The position numbers were made by a program, and so were the translations under genes. This document shows, piece after piece, positions 24,395-37,320 of a DNA stretch of 64,000 bases. The notes below the pieces were generated by a model that worked only from the letters and a program-made list of their open reading frames with translations, had not been told where the DNA came from and searched no databases. Numbering within the stretch: the stretch's first letter is position 1; every line of letters starts with the position of its first letter. This stretch comes from Raja brachyura (Eukaryota): NCBI GenBank assembly GCA_963514005.1, contig CAUPSL010001113.1, forward strand, positions 1-64,000, in the 5' to 3' direction.

Positions 24395-25420
24395 ATGATA
24401 CTGTGGCGGTGGGCCTGATCTCCGGTAACGATGAGAAGGCCTACCGACCAGGAGGAGGTGGCTGATCTGGAACTCTGGTGTCGGGACAACAGCCTCCCCT
24501 TGAATGTCACAAAAACTAAGGAGCTGATCGTGGACTTTAGAAGGGCTCAACATCTGAGGATGTGCACGCCACTGGAGATAAATGGGGGAACTGTGGATAG
24601 GGTGAGCTGCTTTAAATACCTGGGAGTCCACATCACAGAGGATCTGACATGGACAACACACACTGCAGCACTGGTGAGTAAGGCAAGGCAGCGCATTTAC
24701 CACCTCATGCAGCTGAGGGAATTCAGAGTCTCTCTGAGGATCCTTCAGTGCTTCTACTCTGGGGCTGTAGAAAGCATCTTGTCCGGCAACATCACAAACT
24801 GGTTTGGGAACTGCTCTGCCCAGGACAGGAATGCTCTGCAGAGAGGAGTGCGTTCGGCCGGACGCACTGTGGGAAATACACTCACCCCCCCTGCAGGACC
24901 TATACACCAAGAGGTGCAGATCCAGAGCCAGCAACAACATTATGGGGGACCCCCACCCACCCACTAGTCATCACAAATGTCCTCGTTCTTCAGAGAACGG
25001 GGTTTCCCCTCCCCCACTCACACCAGGGTCTCCTCCATACCCCGCAACACTGCCCTCTCTCCCCATTCCCCCACTCACAACAAGGGCCGAGTCCCCCTGG
25101 TCCTCACCTTTCACCCCACCAGCCAGCGCATACAACATAGTCCTCCGCCAGTTTCGCCACCTCCAGCGTGACCCCTCCACTCGCCACATCTTCCCATCTC
25201 CCCCCCTGTCTGCCTTCCGCAAAGACCGCTCCCTCCGCAACTCCCTTGTCAATTCCTTCCTTCCCTCCCGCTCCACCCCTTCCCCGGGCACTTTCCCATG
25301 CAGCTGTCACGCTGTGAAAACAGAGAGGATGAGACGGAGTTTCTTCCCACAGGCCATCAGGATTGTAAACTCTTATCTCACCAGGAATTAATTTCTTGTT
25401 GTATATTTAAAAATAAATGT
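24395..25420 (+). mobile_element. Rex1/Babar-type LINE fragment (interrupted by a PLE)
   Basis: WCRDNSLPLNVTKTKELIVDFRR...FKYLGVHITEDLTW...ESILSGNITNWFGN. Confidence 0.82.
24977..25300 (+). mobile_element. Penelope-like fragment nested in a Rex/Babar LINE
   Basis: Near-identical to 126-460; the LINE continues on both sides. Confidence 0.8.
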
Positions 25421-25449
25421 TTTCTTAAATGTAAATACTGGTTCTGTTC

Positions 25450-26080
25450 TAGAAACATAGAAACATAGAAATTAGGTGCAGGAGTAGGCCATTCGGCCCT
25501 TCAAGCCAGCACCGCCATTCAATACGATCATGGCTGATCATCCAACTCAGTATCCCGTACCTGCCTTCTCTCCATACCCCATGATCCACTTAGCCACAAG
25601 GGCCACATCTAACTCCCTATTAAATATAGCCAATGAACTGGCCTCAACTACCCTCTGTGGCAGAGAGTTCCAGAGACTCACCACTCTCTGTGTGAAAAAT
25701 GTCTTTCTCATCTCGGTCTTAAAGGATTTCCTCCTTATCCTTAAGCTGTGACCCCTTGTCCTGGACCTCCCCAACATCGGGAACAATCTTCCTGCATCTA
25801 GCCTGTCCAGCCCCTTAAGAATTTTGTAAGTTTCTATAAGATCCCCTCTCAATCTCCTAAATTCTAGAGAGTATAAACCAAGTCTATCCAGTCTTTCTTC
25901 ATAAGACAGTCCTGACATCCCAGGAATCACTCTGGTGAACCTTCTCGGCACTCCCTCTATGGCAATAATGTTCTTCCTCAGATTTGGAGACCAAAACTGT
26001 ACGCAATACTCCAGGTGTGGTATATACTCCAACTGAAGTAGAACCTCCCTGCTCCTATACTCAAATCCTTTCGCTATGAA
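25450..26080 (-). mobile_element. CR1 3' fragment
   Basis: ORF 25547-26122. Confidence 0.9.
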
Positions 26081-27206
26081 GTTATGTAGAATGGCCTGTA
26101 GTTCTGTTGTGTTGTTTAGCACAATCCGCAGGCATTGCCACTTTCATTTCACTGCACATCTTGTATGTATATAAGACAACTAAAGTTGACTTGACATCAG
26201 ATGAAAAGCAGGCCTGCACACGATGCAGAACCACAGCTGCCGAGAATGTTTGTAGCAAGTGACCTATGACCTGGGCATAAGCAGTCAAAATACCGAACTC
26301 ACTTATTGTTGGCTGGGGAAGGTGATGTCAAGAGGGATTAACTGAGGAGAGCTGTGCAACTGTTTAAGAAAGAACTGCCGATGCTGGAAAAATCGACGGT
26401 AAACAAAAATGCTGGAGAAACTCAGCGGGTGAGGCAGCATCTATGGAGAGAAGGAATAGGCGACGTTTCGGCTCGAGATCCTTCTTCAGACTGATGTGGA
26501 GTCTGGCTCTGGAACTGGTAAACGACAAGGGTGGAGGAAGGGGGCAAGGAGGCCATACCGTCGCCGTTCCTCCAGCACTTTGGTGGTTTTCTTTGCTCAA
26601 CATTTCAATGGCCTGCAGCTTCTTGTCTGCACAGTCATTGCAGTTCCGTTTGCGACCATGCGGTGGTGGCCGCGAGCCGTACCAGGGTCGGTGCAGTTTC
26701 TCAGGCGACCGGGGAGAGAATGAAGAAACCGAACGCTGCCACTCCACGCCAAGTTGGTCGTTTGATATAGAAGATTTTCATAATGGAGACGGCAAAGAAT
26801 GGAGGAGCGAGCTTTAAGGTTGGAGGGGAGAAGTTTAAAGGAGAGACACGAACTCAGCCGGCCAGGCAGCATCTCTGGAGAGAAGGAATGGGTGATGCTT
26901 CGGGTCGAGACCCTTCTTCAGACGTTTAAAGGAGATGTGCCGGCCAAGATATTACTGAAAGCAGGAAGGGGTGGGTTCCTGGAATGCGCTGCCAGGGGTG
27001 GTCGTTGAAGCATACAACAGTGGTGTTGTAAATATGCACAAGGATATGCAGGGAATGGAGGGATATGGATCATGTGAAGGCAGTGATGATCAACTTGGCG
27101 TAATGTCCAGTACAGACATTGTGGGCTGAAGGGCCTGTTCCTGTGCTGTACTAATCCACGCTCTATGTTCCAGTTTCTTGTGGATGATAAACGACATAAA
27201 GGAGCA

Positions 27207-28332
27207 TCTTTGGGTGTTAATGGCGGAGTAGCAAGATGGATTCAACAGTGGCTGAATGGAATTTGCCAGAGAGTAATGGTGGATGGCTGTTTGTCAGGTT
27301 GGAAGCCGGTGACTAGTGGGGTGCCTCGGGGATCTGTGTTGGGTCCACTGTTGTTTGTCATGTACATCGATGATCTGGATGAAGGGGTGGAAAATTGGAT
27401 AAGTAAGTATGCAGATGATACTAAGATAGGTGGTGTTGTGGATAATGAAGTAGATTTTCAAAGTCTACAGAGAGATTTGGGTCATTTGGAAGAGTGGGCT
27501 GAAAGATGGCAGATGGAGTTTAATGCTGATAAGTGTGAGGTGCTACATCTTGGCAGGACAAATCAAAATAGGCCGTACATGGTAAATGGTAGGGAATTGA
27601 GGAATGTTGTGGAACAGAGGGATCTAGGAATAACTGTGCATAGTTCCCTGAAGGTGGAATCGCATGTAGATAGAGTGGTAAAGAAAGCTTTTGGTGTGCT
27701 GGCCTTTATAAATCAGAGCATTGAATATAGAAGTAGGGAAGTAATGTTAAAATTGTACAAGGCATTGGTGAGACCAATTCTGGAGTATGGTGTACAATTT
27801 TGGTCGCCTAATTATAGGAAGGATGTCAACAAAATAGAGAGAGTACAGAGGAGATTTACTAGAATGTTGCCTGGGTTCCAGCAACTAAGTTACAGAGAAA
27901 GGTTAAACAAGTTAGGTCTTTATTCTTTGGAGCGCAGAAGGTTAAGGGGGGAACTTGATTGAGGTCTAAAATGATGAAAGGGATAGACAGAGTTGACGTG
28001 GATAAGCTTTTCCCATTGAGGGTAGGGAAGATTCAAACAAGAGGGTATGACATGAGAATTAAGGGACAGAAGTTTAGGGGTAACATGAGGGTAAAACTTC
28101 TTTACTCAGAGAGTGGTGGCTGTGTGGAATGAGCTTCCAGCAGAAGTGGTGGAGGCAGGATCGATTTTAACATTTAAAAGTAAAGTGGATAGGTATATGG
28201 ACGGGAAGGGAATGGAGGAGTATGGTCTGAGTGCAGGTAGATGGGACTAGGGGAAAATAAATGGTCGGCACAGACTGGAAGGGCTTGGAAGGCTTGTTTC
28301 CGTGCTGTAATTGTTATATGGTTATATGGTTA
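27207..28332 (+). mobile_element. CR1 LINE fragment including the RT core
   Basis: SGVPRGSVLGPLLF...SKYADDTKIG...WAERWQMEFN. Confidence 0.93.
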
Positions 28333-29155
28333 ATGTCAAAATTCAAATTGGATGCCATTTTTAATATTATTTTCATACATATTATTCTTGAAAGGATAGA
28401 AAAACACAGTTTCAAACGTAATGCACAATACTTTATACGTTTAAACAACAAATGGCTGCAAATGAATAAAATACAAAGAATTGTTAGGATCCCTCTGTTA
28501 CAAATGCAGAGAGACAGTAAACATGTAAATCTTAAATTTTAATTGGGAAAATATAACTGAATTTCGATAACAGCGATTGTGTGGCAGAAACAACGCAGAG
28601 AAAGACTTGCATCAGTTTGACATACTGTATCATTTTGAAATATAAAAAAAAATACAAGATTCATGTTTTAAATGGATTTTTTAATTTTTATTGAAAAATG
28701 TTTAATTGTAGTAAAAATATTTGTTTTACTAAGCAGAATAATTGAACATTCACTGCTCCTGGGAGCAGAGAATTCAAAAGTATAATATTCACTGAGTGCA
28801 AAAATCACCTCTCAGTTCTAAACAGTCGCCCCATTATTCTGAAACAAAGACACAACCCCCTCATCTTCACCGCAGGCAGAATAAACATCCACTTAGTAAC
28901 ATCAACCAAACACCCTAAATACATGAACTAATAGGACCCCCCAGTTTTCTAAAGTTTCGCTAAGATAAGGTTAGGGTGACCGGTTTCCTCCCACGTTCCA
29001 AAGACGTACAGGTATGTGGCTAAATGGCTTAAGAAAGAACTGCAGATGCTGGAAAAATCGAAGGTGGACAAAAATGCTGGAGGAACTCAGCGGGTGAGGC
29101 AGCATCTATGCAGTGAAGGAATAGGTGACGATTCTGGTCGAGGCCCTGCTTCAGA

Positions 29156-29183
29156 CTGATGAAGGGTCTCGACCCGAAACGTC
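29156..29183 (+). ncRNA. Minimal hammerhead-ribozyme-like motif (canonical CUGAUGA variant)
   Basis: CUGAUGA-A-GGGUCUCGACCC-GAAACGUC at the centre of a fold-back PLE-derived repeat (about 29036-29245). Confidence 0.55.
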
Positions 29184-29887
29184 ACCTATTCCTTTGTTCT
29201 CTAGATCCTGCCTCGCCCACTGAGTTTCTCCAGTATTTTTGACTACCTTTGGCTAATTGGCTTGGTAGGATTGTAAATGATCCCTAGTGTGTGTAGGATA
29301 GTGTGTAGGCACGGACCCTGTGGGCCAAGGGACATGTTTACGCGTTGTATCTCTACACTAAACTGAACTAAAGGTCGACACAAATTGCCGGAGTAACTCA
29401 GCGGGTCAGGCAGCATCTCTGGAGGAAAGGAATGGGTGGCGTTTCAGGTCGAGGCCCTTCTTCAGACTGAGAGTCAGGGGAACGGGAAACGAGAAATATA
29501 GCAGAATAAAAATGAATTAAAAATATGCAAAAAGCAGTGATGATCAGGGAAAGGGGGAGCCCACAATGGTCCATTGTTGGCTGTGGGGTAGATGATAATG
29601 AGTTATGCAGAGGGTGAAACTGAACAGGACGACAGTGAAACTAGTACGATGACTATGGTTGGGGAGTGATGGGGCGAGAGGGGACGCAAGGGTTACGTGA
29701 GGTTATTTGGACATTCACTCATCACTTGTATCTGTCTGATGGACCTGTGTTGAATGACCTTAAAGTGAATCTATTGAACCTTAACGTACATCTTTCCACT
29801 CCAGGCTGAATTTCTCCAGCATTTCTGTCTACTTTTTACATGTGACAATAGAGTTTTCATTCATTCCTTCATTAAAGCATTTAAGGG

Positions 29888-30365
29888 ATGCTGGGATGGC
29901 AGGACTTCCATATGAAGAAAGTCTGGATAGACTCGGTTTGTACTCGCTGGAATTTAGAAGATTGAGGGGGGATCTCATAGAGACTTACAAAATTCTTAAG
30001 GGGTTGGACAGGCTAGATGCAGGAAGATTGTTCCCGATGTTGGGGAAGTCCAGGACAAGGGGTCACAGTTTAAGGATGAGGGGGAAGTCTTTTAGGAGCG
30101 AGATGAGAAAATCGTTTTTCACACAGAGGGTGGTGAATCTGTGGAATTCTCTGCCACGGAAGGTAGTTGAGGCCAGTTCGTTGGCTATATTTAAGAGGGA
30201 GTTGGATGTGGCCCTTGTGGCTAAAGGGATCAGGGGGTATGGAGATAAGGCAGGTACAGGATACTGAGTTGGATGATCAGCCATGATCATATTGAATGGC
30301 TGTGCAGGCTCGAAGGGCCGAATGGCCTGCTCCTGCACCTAATTTCTATGTTTCTATGTTTCTAG
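29888..30365 (+). mobile_element. CR1 3' fragment inside the BTN-A 3'UTR region
   Basis: ORF 29842-30267 plus (TTTCTATG) tail. Confidence 0.9.
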
Positions 30366-30455
30366 GAAGGTATTTGCCAGTAAAGTGAAGACTGAGCAAT
30401 ACTGAAAGATTTAACCCAGGCTGCTGCTCAGCCATGTTGTGTTAAGTCTGCTTTG

Positions 30456-30994
30456 TTAAGAATCTTTGGCAGGCGATTCCAAGGGGCAGATTTTCAACAT
30501 TTTGTTGACATGGGACGTGTGAAAACATGGGTAGACCTTCTCAGTAAACTTGCACTCAGTGAATGTGTGGAGAAAAGACTTATTGTTTGCGATGAAAAAT
30601 GAAATGGCCCGAGTGTCGTAATCGAGGTAAACTCCAATCTTCCTGGGAAACTCATGATAGGTGATGTCCAATGGTTCGGCAAGGTTGGCTTGGATGTTCT
30701 TCTCAGATTGCCCGATGGTCCAGACCGTGTTCTCCTGTTCCAAATCAAGGACGCCTCCGTTCCTCACCATCTCCGCCACAACTCCAAGAGTCCACTTGCG
30801 GTTCCCCGCAACCTCCACTTCCCAGTACTTTTTCCCCGAGGAAAATCCCTCTGTTCCCAGCGCACATTCCGAGGTTTTAACCATGGCGTAATGTCCTGGC
30901 GGATTATTTTCCATCTCCGTCACTGTCACGCTCTTCCCATCCTTGGACACCCTCAGCTGGGTGAGCCATGCTTCAGTGTCGAGCTGTATGGAGA
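30456..30994 (-). CDS. Butyrophilin-like gene A, B30.2 (PRY-SPRY) terminal exon
   Basis: Poly-C tract and CAG acceptor. (V)SIQLD...VSKDGKSV...LGTEGFSSGKKYWEVEV...W.LGV...KIGVYLDYD...ISFF...LHTF...F.EKVYPCF. The joined CDS is 1440 nt (479 aa), in frame. Confidence 0.93.
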
Positions 30995-32569
30995 CTGGGG
31001 GGGGGGGGGAGGGAAAGGGGAAAAAAAATTAATAACAGCTGATTATGGATAAATTTCAAATCAAAAATCCAATCAGTTGTGGTTGTAGCCCAGACCATCA
31101 CACACAGCATCCTTGACTCCAGCTACACTTCACGCAGCCTCGGCAAGGCCACCAGCATAATCTTTGTTGCTCATAAATGCCTCCTCCCCATATCCCTTGA
31201 CTCTGCTATCTTTAAAAGCCCTATGTTTAAGAGCCCAATAGTCAATTTTATTTGTCACAGCTCTCTCTCGAAAGAGCCCTCTCTAGCTCTTGACACAGGT
31301 TCAAGGTGAAGGGGAAAAGATTTAATAGGAATCCGAGGGGTAACAGATTTTTTACATTGGTGTGTGTATGGAACAAGTTGCCAGAGGAGGTAGTTGAGGC
31401 GGGAATACACCCTCGTTTAAGAAACAGTTGGACAGGTACATGGATAGAAAAGGTTTGGAGGGTTATGGTCCAAGCGCAGGCAGGTGGGAGTAGGGTAGCT
31501 GGGACATTGTTGGCCAGTGTGGGCGAGATGGGCCAAAGGGCCTGTTTCCACGCGGTATTAATCTATGACTATCTATGACTCTATGTAAGTCAGCAACTCT
31601 ACCACTGTGCCACTGAGCCTCTCAATAGACAACAGACAATAGGTGGAGGGATAGGACATTCGTCCCTTCGAACCAGCACCGCCATTCAATGTGATCATGG
31701 CTGATCATTCCCAATCAGTACCCCGTTCCTGCCTTCTCTCCATATCCCCTGACTCCGCTATCTTTAAGAGCCCTATCTAGCTCTCTCTTGAAAGTATCCA
31801 GAGGACCGGCCTCCACCGCCCTCTGAGGCAGAGAATTCCACAGACTCACAGCTCTCTGTGTGAAAAACTCCATTCCAAATGCCTTACCCCTTATTCTTAA
31901 ACTGTGACCCCTGGTTCTGGACTCCACCAAGGACCAGTCTCACCCTGGTCACTCCCTCTTCTCCCCTCTCCCATCAGGGCAAGAGGTACAGAAGTGTGAA
32001 AACGCACAAACCTCCAGATTCAGGGACAGTTTCTTCCCAGCTGTTATCAGGCAACTGAGCCATCCTAGCAACATCAAGGAAGAGGTCCTGCGCAACTGTC
32101 TACCTCACTAGAATCCTTTCAACGGTCTTTCATCGGAGGCCATTTAGAACGGAGATGTGGAAACACTTTTTCACCCAGAGTTGTGAATCTGGCACTCTCT
32201 GCCTCAGAAGGTAGTGGAGGCCAATTCTATGGATGCTTTCAAGAGAGAGTAACAATGATAAAGGAAACAGGCCATTGTAAGCTGTTTGTAGGGTGAAAAT
32301 GAAAAGCTAGTTTGACTTGGGTGGGGGTACAGGTTTAGGGTGAGAGGGCCAAGATGGCAGGACTGTTATATGTTGATAGAATGGAGCAGCTGGGCTTGTA
32401 TACTTAGAAGGATGAGAGGATATCTTATTGAAACATACAAGATTATTAAGGTTTTGGACATGCTAAAGGCAGGTAATATGTTCCCGATGTTGGGGGAGTC
32501 CAGAAGCAGGGGGCACAGTTTAAGAATAAGGGGTAAGCCATTTAGAACGGAGATGATAACCGGAAACAG

Positions 32570-34230
32570 CAGGGGACCGGGGGTCAAATAAGGTGGAGGA
32601 ACTGAGTGAAATCCAGGAGAAGTGGTGTTGGGTAAATTGAATGGATTAAAGGCCGATAAATCCCCAGGGCCAGATAGTCTGCATCCCAGAGTACTCAAGG
32701 AAGTAGCCACAGACATAGTGGATGCATTAGTGATCATTTTTCAAAACTCCTTAGATTCTGGAGTAGTTCCTGAGGATTGGAGGGTAGCTAATGTAATCCC
32801 ACTTTAAAAAAAGGAGGGAGAGAGAAAGCGGGGAATTACAGACCAGTTAGTCTAACATCGGTAGTGGGGAAACTGCTAGAGTCAGTTATTAAAGATGGGA
32901 TAGCAGCACATTTGGAAAGTGGTGAAATCATTGGACATAGTCAGCATGGATTTACGAAAGGTAAATCATGTCTGACGAATCTTATAGAATTTTTCGAGGA
33001 TGTAACTAGCAGAGTGGTAAGGGAGAAGCAGTGGATGTGTCATATCTGGACTTTCAGAAGGCTTTTGACAAGGTCCCACATAAGAGATTAGCATACAAAC
33101 TTAAAGCACATGGTTTTGGGGGTTCAGTATTGATGTGGATAGAGAACTGGCTGGCAGACAGGAAGCAAAGAGTAGGAGTAAACGGGTCCTTTTCAGAATG
33201 CCAGGCAGTGACTAGTGGGGTACCGCAAGGCTCAGTGCTGAGACCCCAGCTATTTACACTATATATTAATGATTTGGATGAGGGAATGCAACATCTCCAA
33301 GTTTGCGGATGACACTAAGCTGGGGGCAGTGTTAGCTGTGAGGAGGATGCTAGGAGGCTGCAAGTTGACTTGGATTGGCTGGGTGAGTGGGCAAATGCAT
33401 GCCAGATGCAGTATAATGTGGATAAATGTGAGGTTATCCACTTTGGTGGCAAAAACAGGAGGGTAGACTATTATCTGAATGGTGGCCAATTAGGAAAAGG
33501 GGAGATGCAACGAGACCTGGGTGTCATGGTACACCAGTCATTGAAAGTAGGCATGCAGGTGCAGCAGGCAGTAAAGAAAGCAAATGGTATGTTAGCATTC
33601 ATAGCAAAAGGATTTGAGTATAGGAGCAGGGAGGTTCTACTGCAGGTGTACAGGGTTTTTGGTGAGACCACACTGGAGTATTGCGTACAGTTTTGGTCTC
33701 CAAATCTGAGAAAAGACATTCTTGCCACAGAGGGGGTACAGAGAAGGATCACCAGACTGATTCCTGGGATGTCAGGACTTTCATATGAGGAAAGACTGGA
33801 TAGACTCGGTTTGTACTTGCTGGAATTTAGAAGATTGAGTGGGGATCTTATAGAAACGTACAAAATTCTTAAGGGATTGGATAGGTTGATGCAGGAAAAT
33901 TGTTCGCGATGTTGGGGAAGTCCAAAACAAGGGGTCACAGTCGAGGGATAAGGGGGAATTCCTTTACAACCGGAAAACATTTTTCACACAGAGAGTGGTG
34001 AGTCTCTGGAATTCTCTGCCACAGAGGGTAGTTGAGGCCAGTTCATTGGCTATATTTAAGAGGGAGTTAGATGTGGCTGTTGTTGCTAAAGGGATCGTTG
34101 GGTATGGAGAGAAGGCAGGTACAGGATATTGAGTTGGATGATCAGCCATGATCATATTGAATGGCGGTGCAGGCTCAAAGGGCCGAATGGCCTACTCCTG
34201 CACCTAATTTCTATGTTTCTATGTTTCTAT
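32570..34230 (+). mobile_element. Long degenerate CR1 LINE (RT)
   Basis: KSPGPDSLHPRVLKE...PEDWRVANV...QHGFTKGKSCLTNL...LDFQKAFDKVPH...SGVPQGSVL...KFADDTKL, with frameshifts. Confidence 0.93.
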
Positions 34231-34794
34231 GACGAAACACCTTTTCACACAGAGAGTTGTGAGTCTGTGGAATTCTCTGCCTCAGAAGGCAGTGGAGGCC
34301 AATTCTCTGGAAGCTTTCAAGAGAGATTTAGGTGAAGCTCTTAAAGATAGCGGCGTCAGGGGATATGGGGAGAAGGCAGGAACGGGGTAGTGATTGTGGA
34401 TGATCAGCCATGATCACAGTGTATGGCGGTGCTGGCTCGAAGGGCCGAAGGGCCAACTCCTCCACCTGTTGTTTATTGTCTATTGACTTTTCCTTGCGCT
34501 AAGTGTTATTCCCTGTGCCTTGCACCTGTACACTGTGGAAGGATTGATTGCAATCATGTATTGTCTTTGACTGGATAGGATGCAACACAAGGTTTTCACT
34601 GTATCTCGGTACACACGGCAATAATTAACTACACGAAAACATGTACAAAAGAACTGCAGATGCTGGATTAAATCAAAGGTAGACACAACAGGCTGGAGTA
34701 ACTCAGCGGGACAGGACAGGCAGCATCTCTGGAGAGAAGGAATGGGTGACGTTTCGGGTCAAGGCCCTTCTAAAACATAATACTGTAGAGTAAT

Positions 34795-35345
34795 AAAGAA
34801 AGCACATCAGCACCTCTACTTCCTGAGAAGACTACGGAGAGTCGGTGTGTCAAAGAGGGCTCTCTCGAACTTCTACAGGTGCACAGTAGAGAGCGTGCTG
34901 ACCGGTTGCATCGTGACTTGGTTCGGCAACTTGAGCGTCCAGGAGCGGAAAAGGATGCAGAAAGTTGTGACCACTGCCCAGTCCATCATCGGCCCTGACC
35001 TCCCCACCATTGAGGGGATCTATCGCAGTCGCTGCCTCAAAAAGGTAACCAGCATCATCAAGGACCCACACTATCCTGGCCACACACTCATCTCTCCGCT
35101 ACCATCGGGCAGAAGGTACAGGAGCCTGAAATCTGTAACATCCAGGTTCAGGAACAGCTGCTTCCCCCGGCGTGACCACTGACCACAAGGCTATTAAACT
35201 GGCCAATAAACAGACTCTGAAGTGTGACAGCCTACTACACTTTATCTGCTTATATTGAACTAAACTATTCAGTGTTATGTCTACATATTCTGCAGTGCTG
35301 CAGCAAGCAAGAGTTTTATTGTCCTATCTGGGGCACACGACAATG
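34795..35345 (+). mobile_element. Rex1/Babar-type LINE 3' fragment
   Basis: NFYRCTVESVLTGCIVTWFGN...LPSGRRYRSLK. Confidence 0.8.
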
Positions 35346-35803
35346 TGAAAAATATACATCTTCTAGATGAGCTGGGACGCATCCTCAGTGATGTGACCTG
35401 GGGTCATCTGGTGTTTCGGATCCCACAACATCAGACACCCTCGCCCAGGCGACCCAGCCGGGGTTGATCAGGCCCCGATAAACTCTCTTCACCGGACATG
35501 ACTAAAGGGCTTGTCCGATTTTGCCAATTTTTGTTTCGGCGACAGCCGGCATCATTGACTAACGTATGAGGTGACGGAACAATTCGCGGCGTGATGGTGT
35601 ATCGGCGCACGGTCACCACCTCATCATTTTTGGAAATGACCCCACATTTATTTTGTCGCTGCTGGATTTTGAAATGTTCAGAATCTTTCGGCGACGCTGA
35701 TTTGATGCCGGCAGTTGCCGAAAAAAATCACCCAGTGAGACAGGCCCTTAAGGTATTTCAGATGCTGTCAAATTCTCCAATGTAATCATCCACCGGATCT
35801 TAC

Positions 35804-35830
35804 CTTTATTTTTATACATGGTCTCCCAAT
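35804..35830 (-). CDS. Butyrophilin-like gene A, micro-exon 3 (27 nt)
   Basis: Acceptor ttctttgtttccag, donor G|GTAAGA; encodes (D)WETMYKNK, like the Trp-containing 27-nt exon that precedes B30.2 in BTN genes. Confidence 0.75.
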
Positions 35831-35964
35831 CTGGAAACAAAGAAGAGCCAGTTAGATGGGAGAAATATTCCATGCACACTGTACAATCGTTCAATTATTC
35901 TCTCATATTTGCACTTTTATTTTCATCAAAAACTATAAGCCCCAACTAAATTGGGATCTTGGCT

Positions 35965-36610
35965 ACAATAGACAATAGACAATAGGTGACTGGTTAAACA
36001 TAGAAACAAAGAAATTAGGTGCAGGAGTAGGCCATTCGATATGATAATGGCTGATCATCCAACTCAGTATCCCGCACCTGCCTTCTCTCCATACCCTCTG
36101 ATCCCCTTAGCCACAAGGGCCACATCTAACTCCCTCTTAAATATAGCCAATGAACTGGCCTCAACTACCCTCTGTGGCAGTGAGTTCCAGAGACCCACCA
36201 CTCTCTGTGTGAAAAAAGTCCTTCTCATCTTGGTCCTAAAGGATTCCCCCCTTATCCTTAAGCTGTGACCCCTTGCCCTGGGCTTCCCCAACATCGGGAA
36301 CAATCTTCCTGCATCTAGCCTGTCCAACCCCTTAAGAATTTTGTAAGTTTCTATAAGATCCCCTCTCAATCTCCTAAATTCTAGAGTATAAACCCAGTCT
36401 ATCCAGTCTTTCTTCATAAGACAGTCCTGCCGTCCCAGGATGCCATGCCATCAGTCTGGTGAACCTTCTCTGCACTCCATGGCAATAATGTCCTTCCTCA
36501 GATTAGGACATCAAAACTGTAAGCAATACTCCAGGTGTGGCCTCACAAAGACCCTGCACAACTGCAGTAGAACCTCCCTGCTCCTATGCTCAAATCCTTT
36601 TGCTATGAAA
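35965..36610 (-). mobile_element. CR1 3' fragment
   Basis: ORF 36064-36417. Confidence 0.88.
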
Positions 36611-37219
36611 AGTTATAACATACTGAGTTAAGGTGAATGGCTACGACACCACGTATCTTTCATATGTCCAGAGAGTAGCGAGCGGCCCAGTGCCGTCAAA
36701 TACTCCTCATATGTGAACCCACTCATTCCCGTAAACCTTATCTGGACCCTCTCCAGCGCTAGTACATCCTTCCTCAGATACGGGGCCCAAAATTGCTCAC
36801 AACGCCATCATGTTCTAGTCTGGGTAACATCCCCCCTTCCCTTCCCCATCTTTTCTGTGTACACTCTAATGATAGAGTCGTGCATTGCTAATTCTAAAGG
36901 GCCAGTCCCACGTGCCGATCTTTTCAGCGACTGCCAGCATCATTGACTGACGGATCAGCTCACCAGGAAATTTGTCGCCTGATTTATTTTCAAGTGTCGC
37001 AAGATTTCTTTTGTCGCCGCTGGATTTTGAAAATGTTTTAAAAAATTTGGCGACACTGATATGTTGTCGGCAGTCGCTGAAACAAAATCACCAAGTTGGA
37101 CAGGCCCTTAACTATCGCCATCCCATTACTGTCCATGACTTAGTTGTTAACTATACGTGCAATTTTCTTGGTGTATAAGACACAATTCTAAAACATTTTT
37201 TGTAAAGAGGATATCTTAC

Positions 37220-37246
37220 CGGATTGAACAAGGGGTTCCCACTTGT
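37220..37246 (-). CDS. Butyrophilin-like gene A, micro-exon 2 (27 nt)
   Basis: Acceptor ttttcaccttttag, donor G|GTAAGA; encodes (D)KWEPLVQS. Confidence 0.72.
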
Positions 37247-37320
37247 CTAAAAGGTGAAAATAAGAAAAAATACACTTCAATAATCTACCACAATTATCGA
37301 TAACTTACCCATATTTGAAT

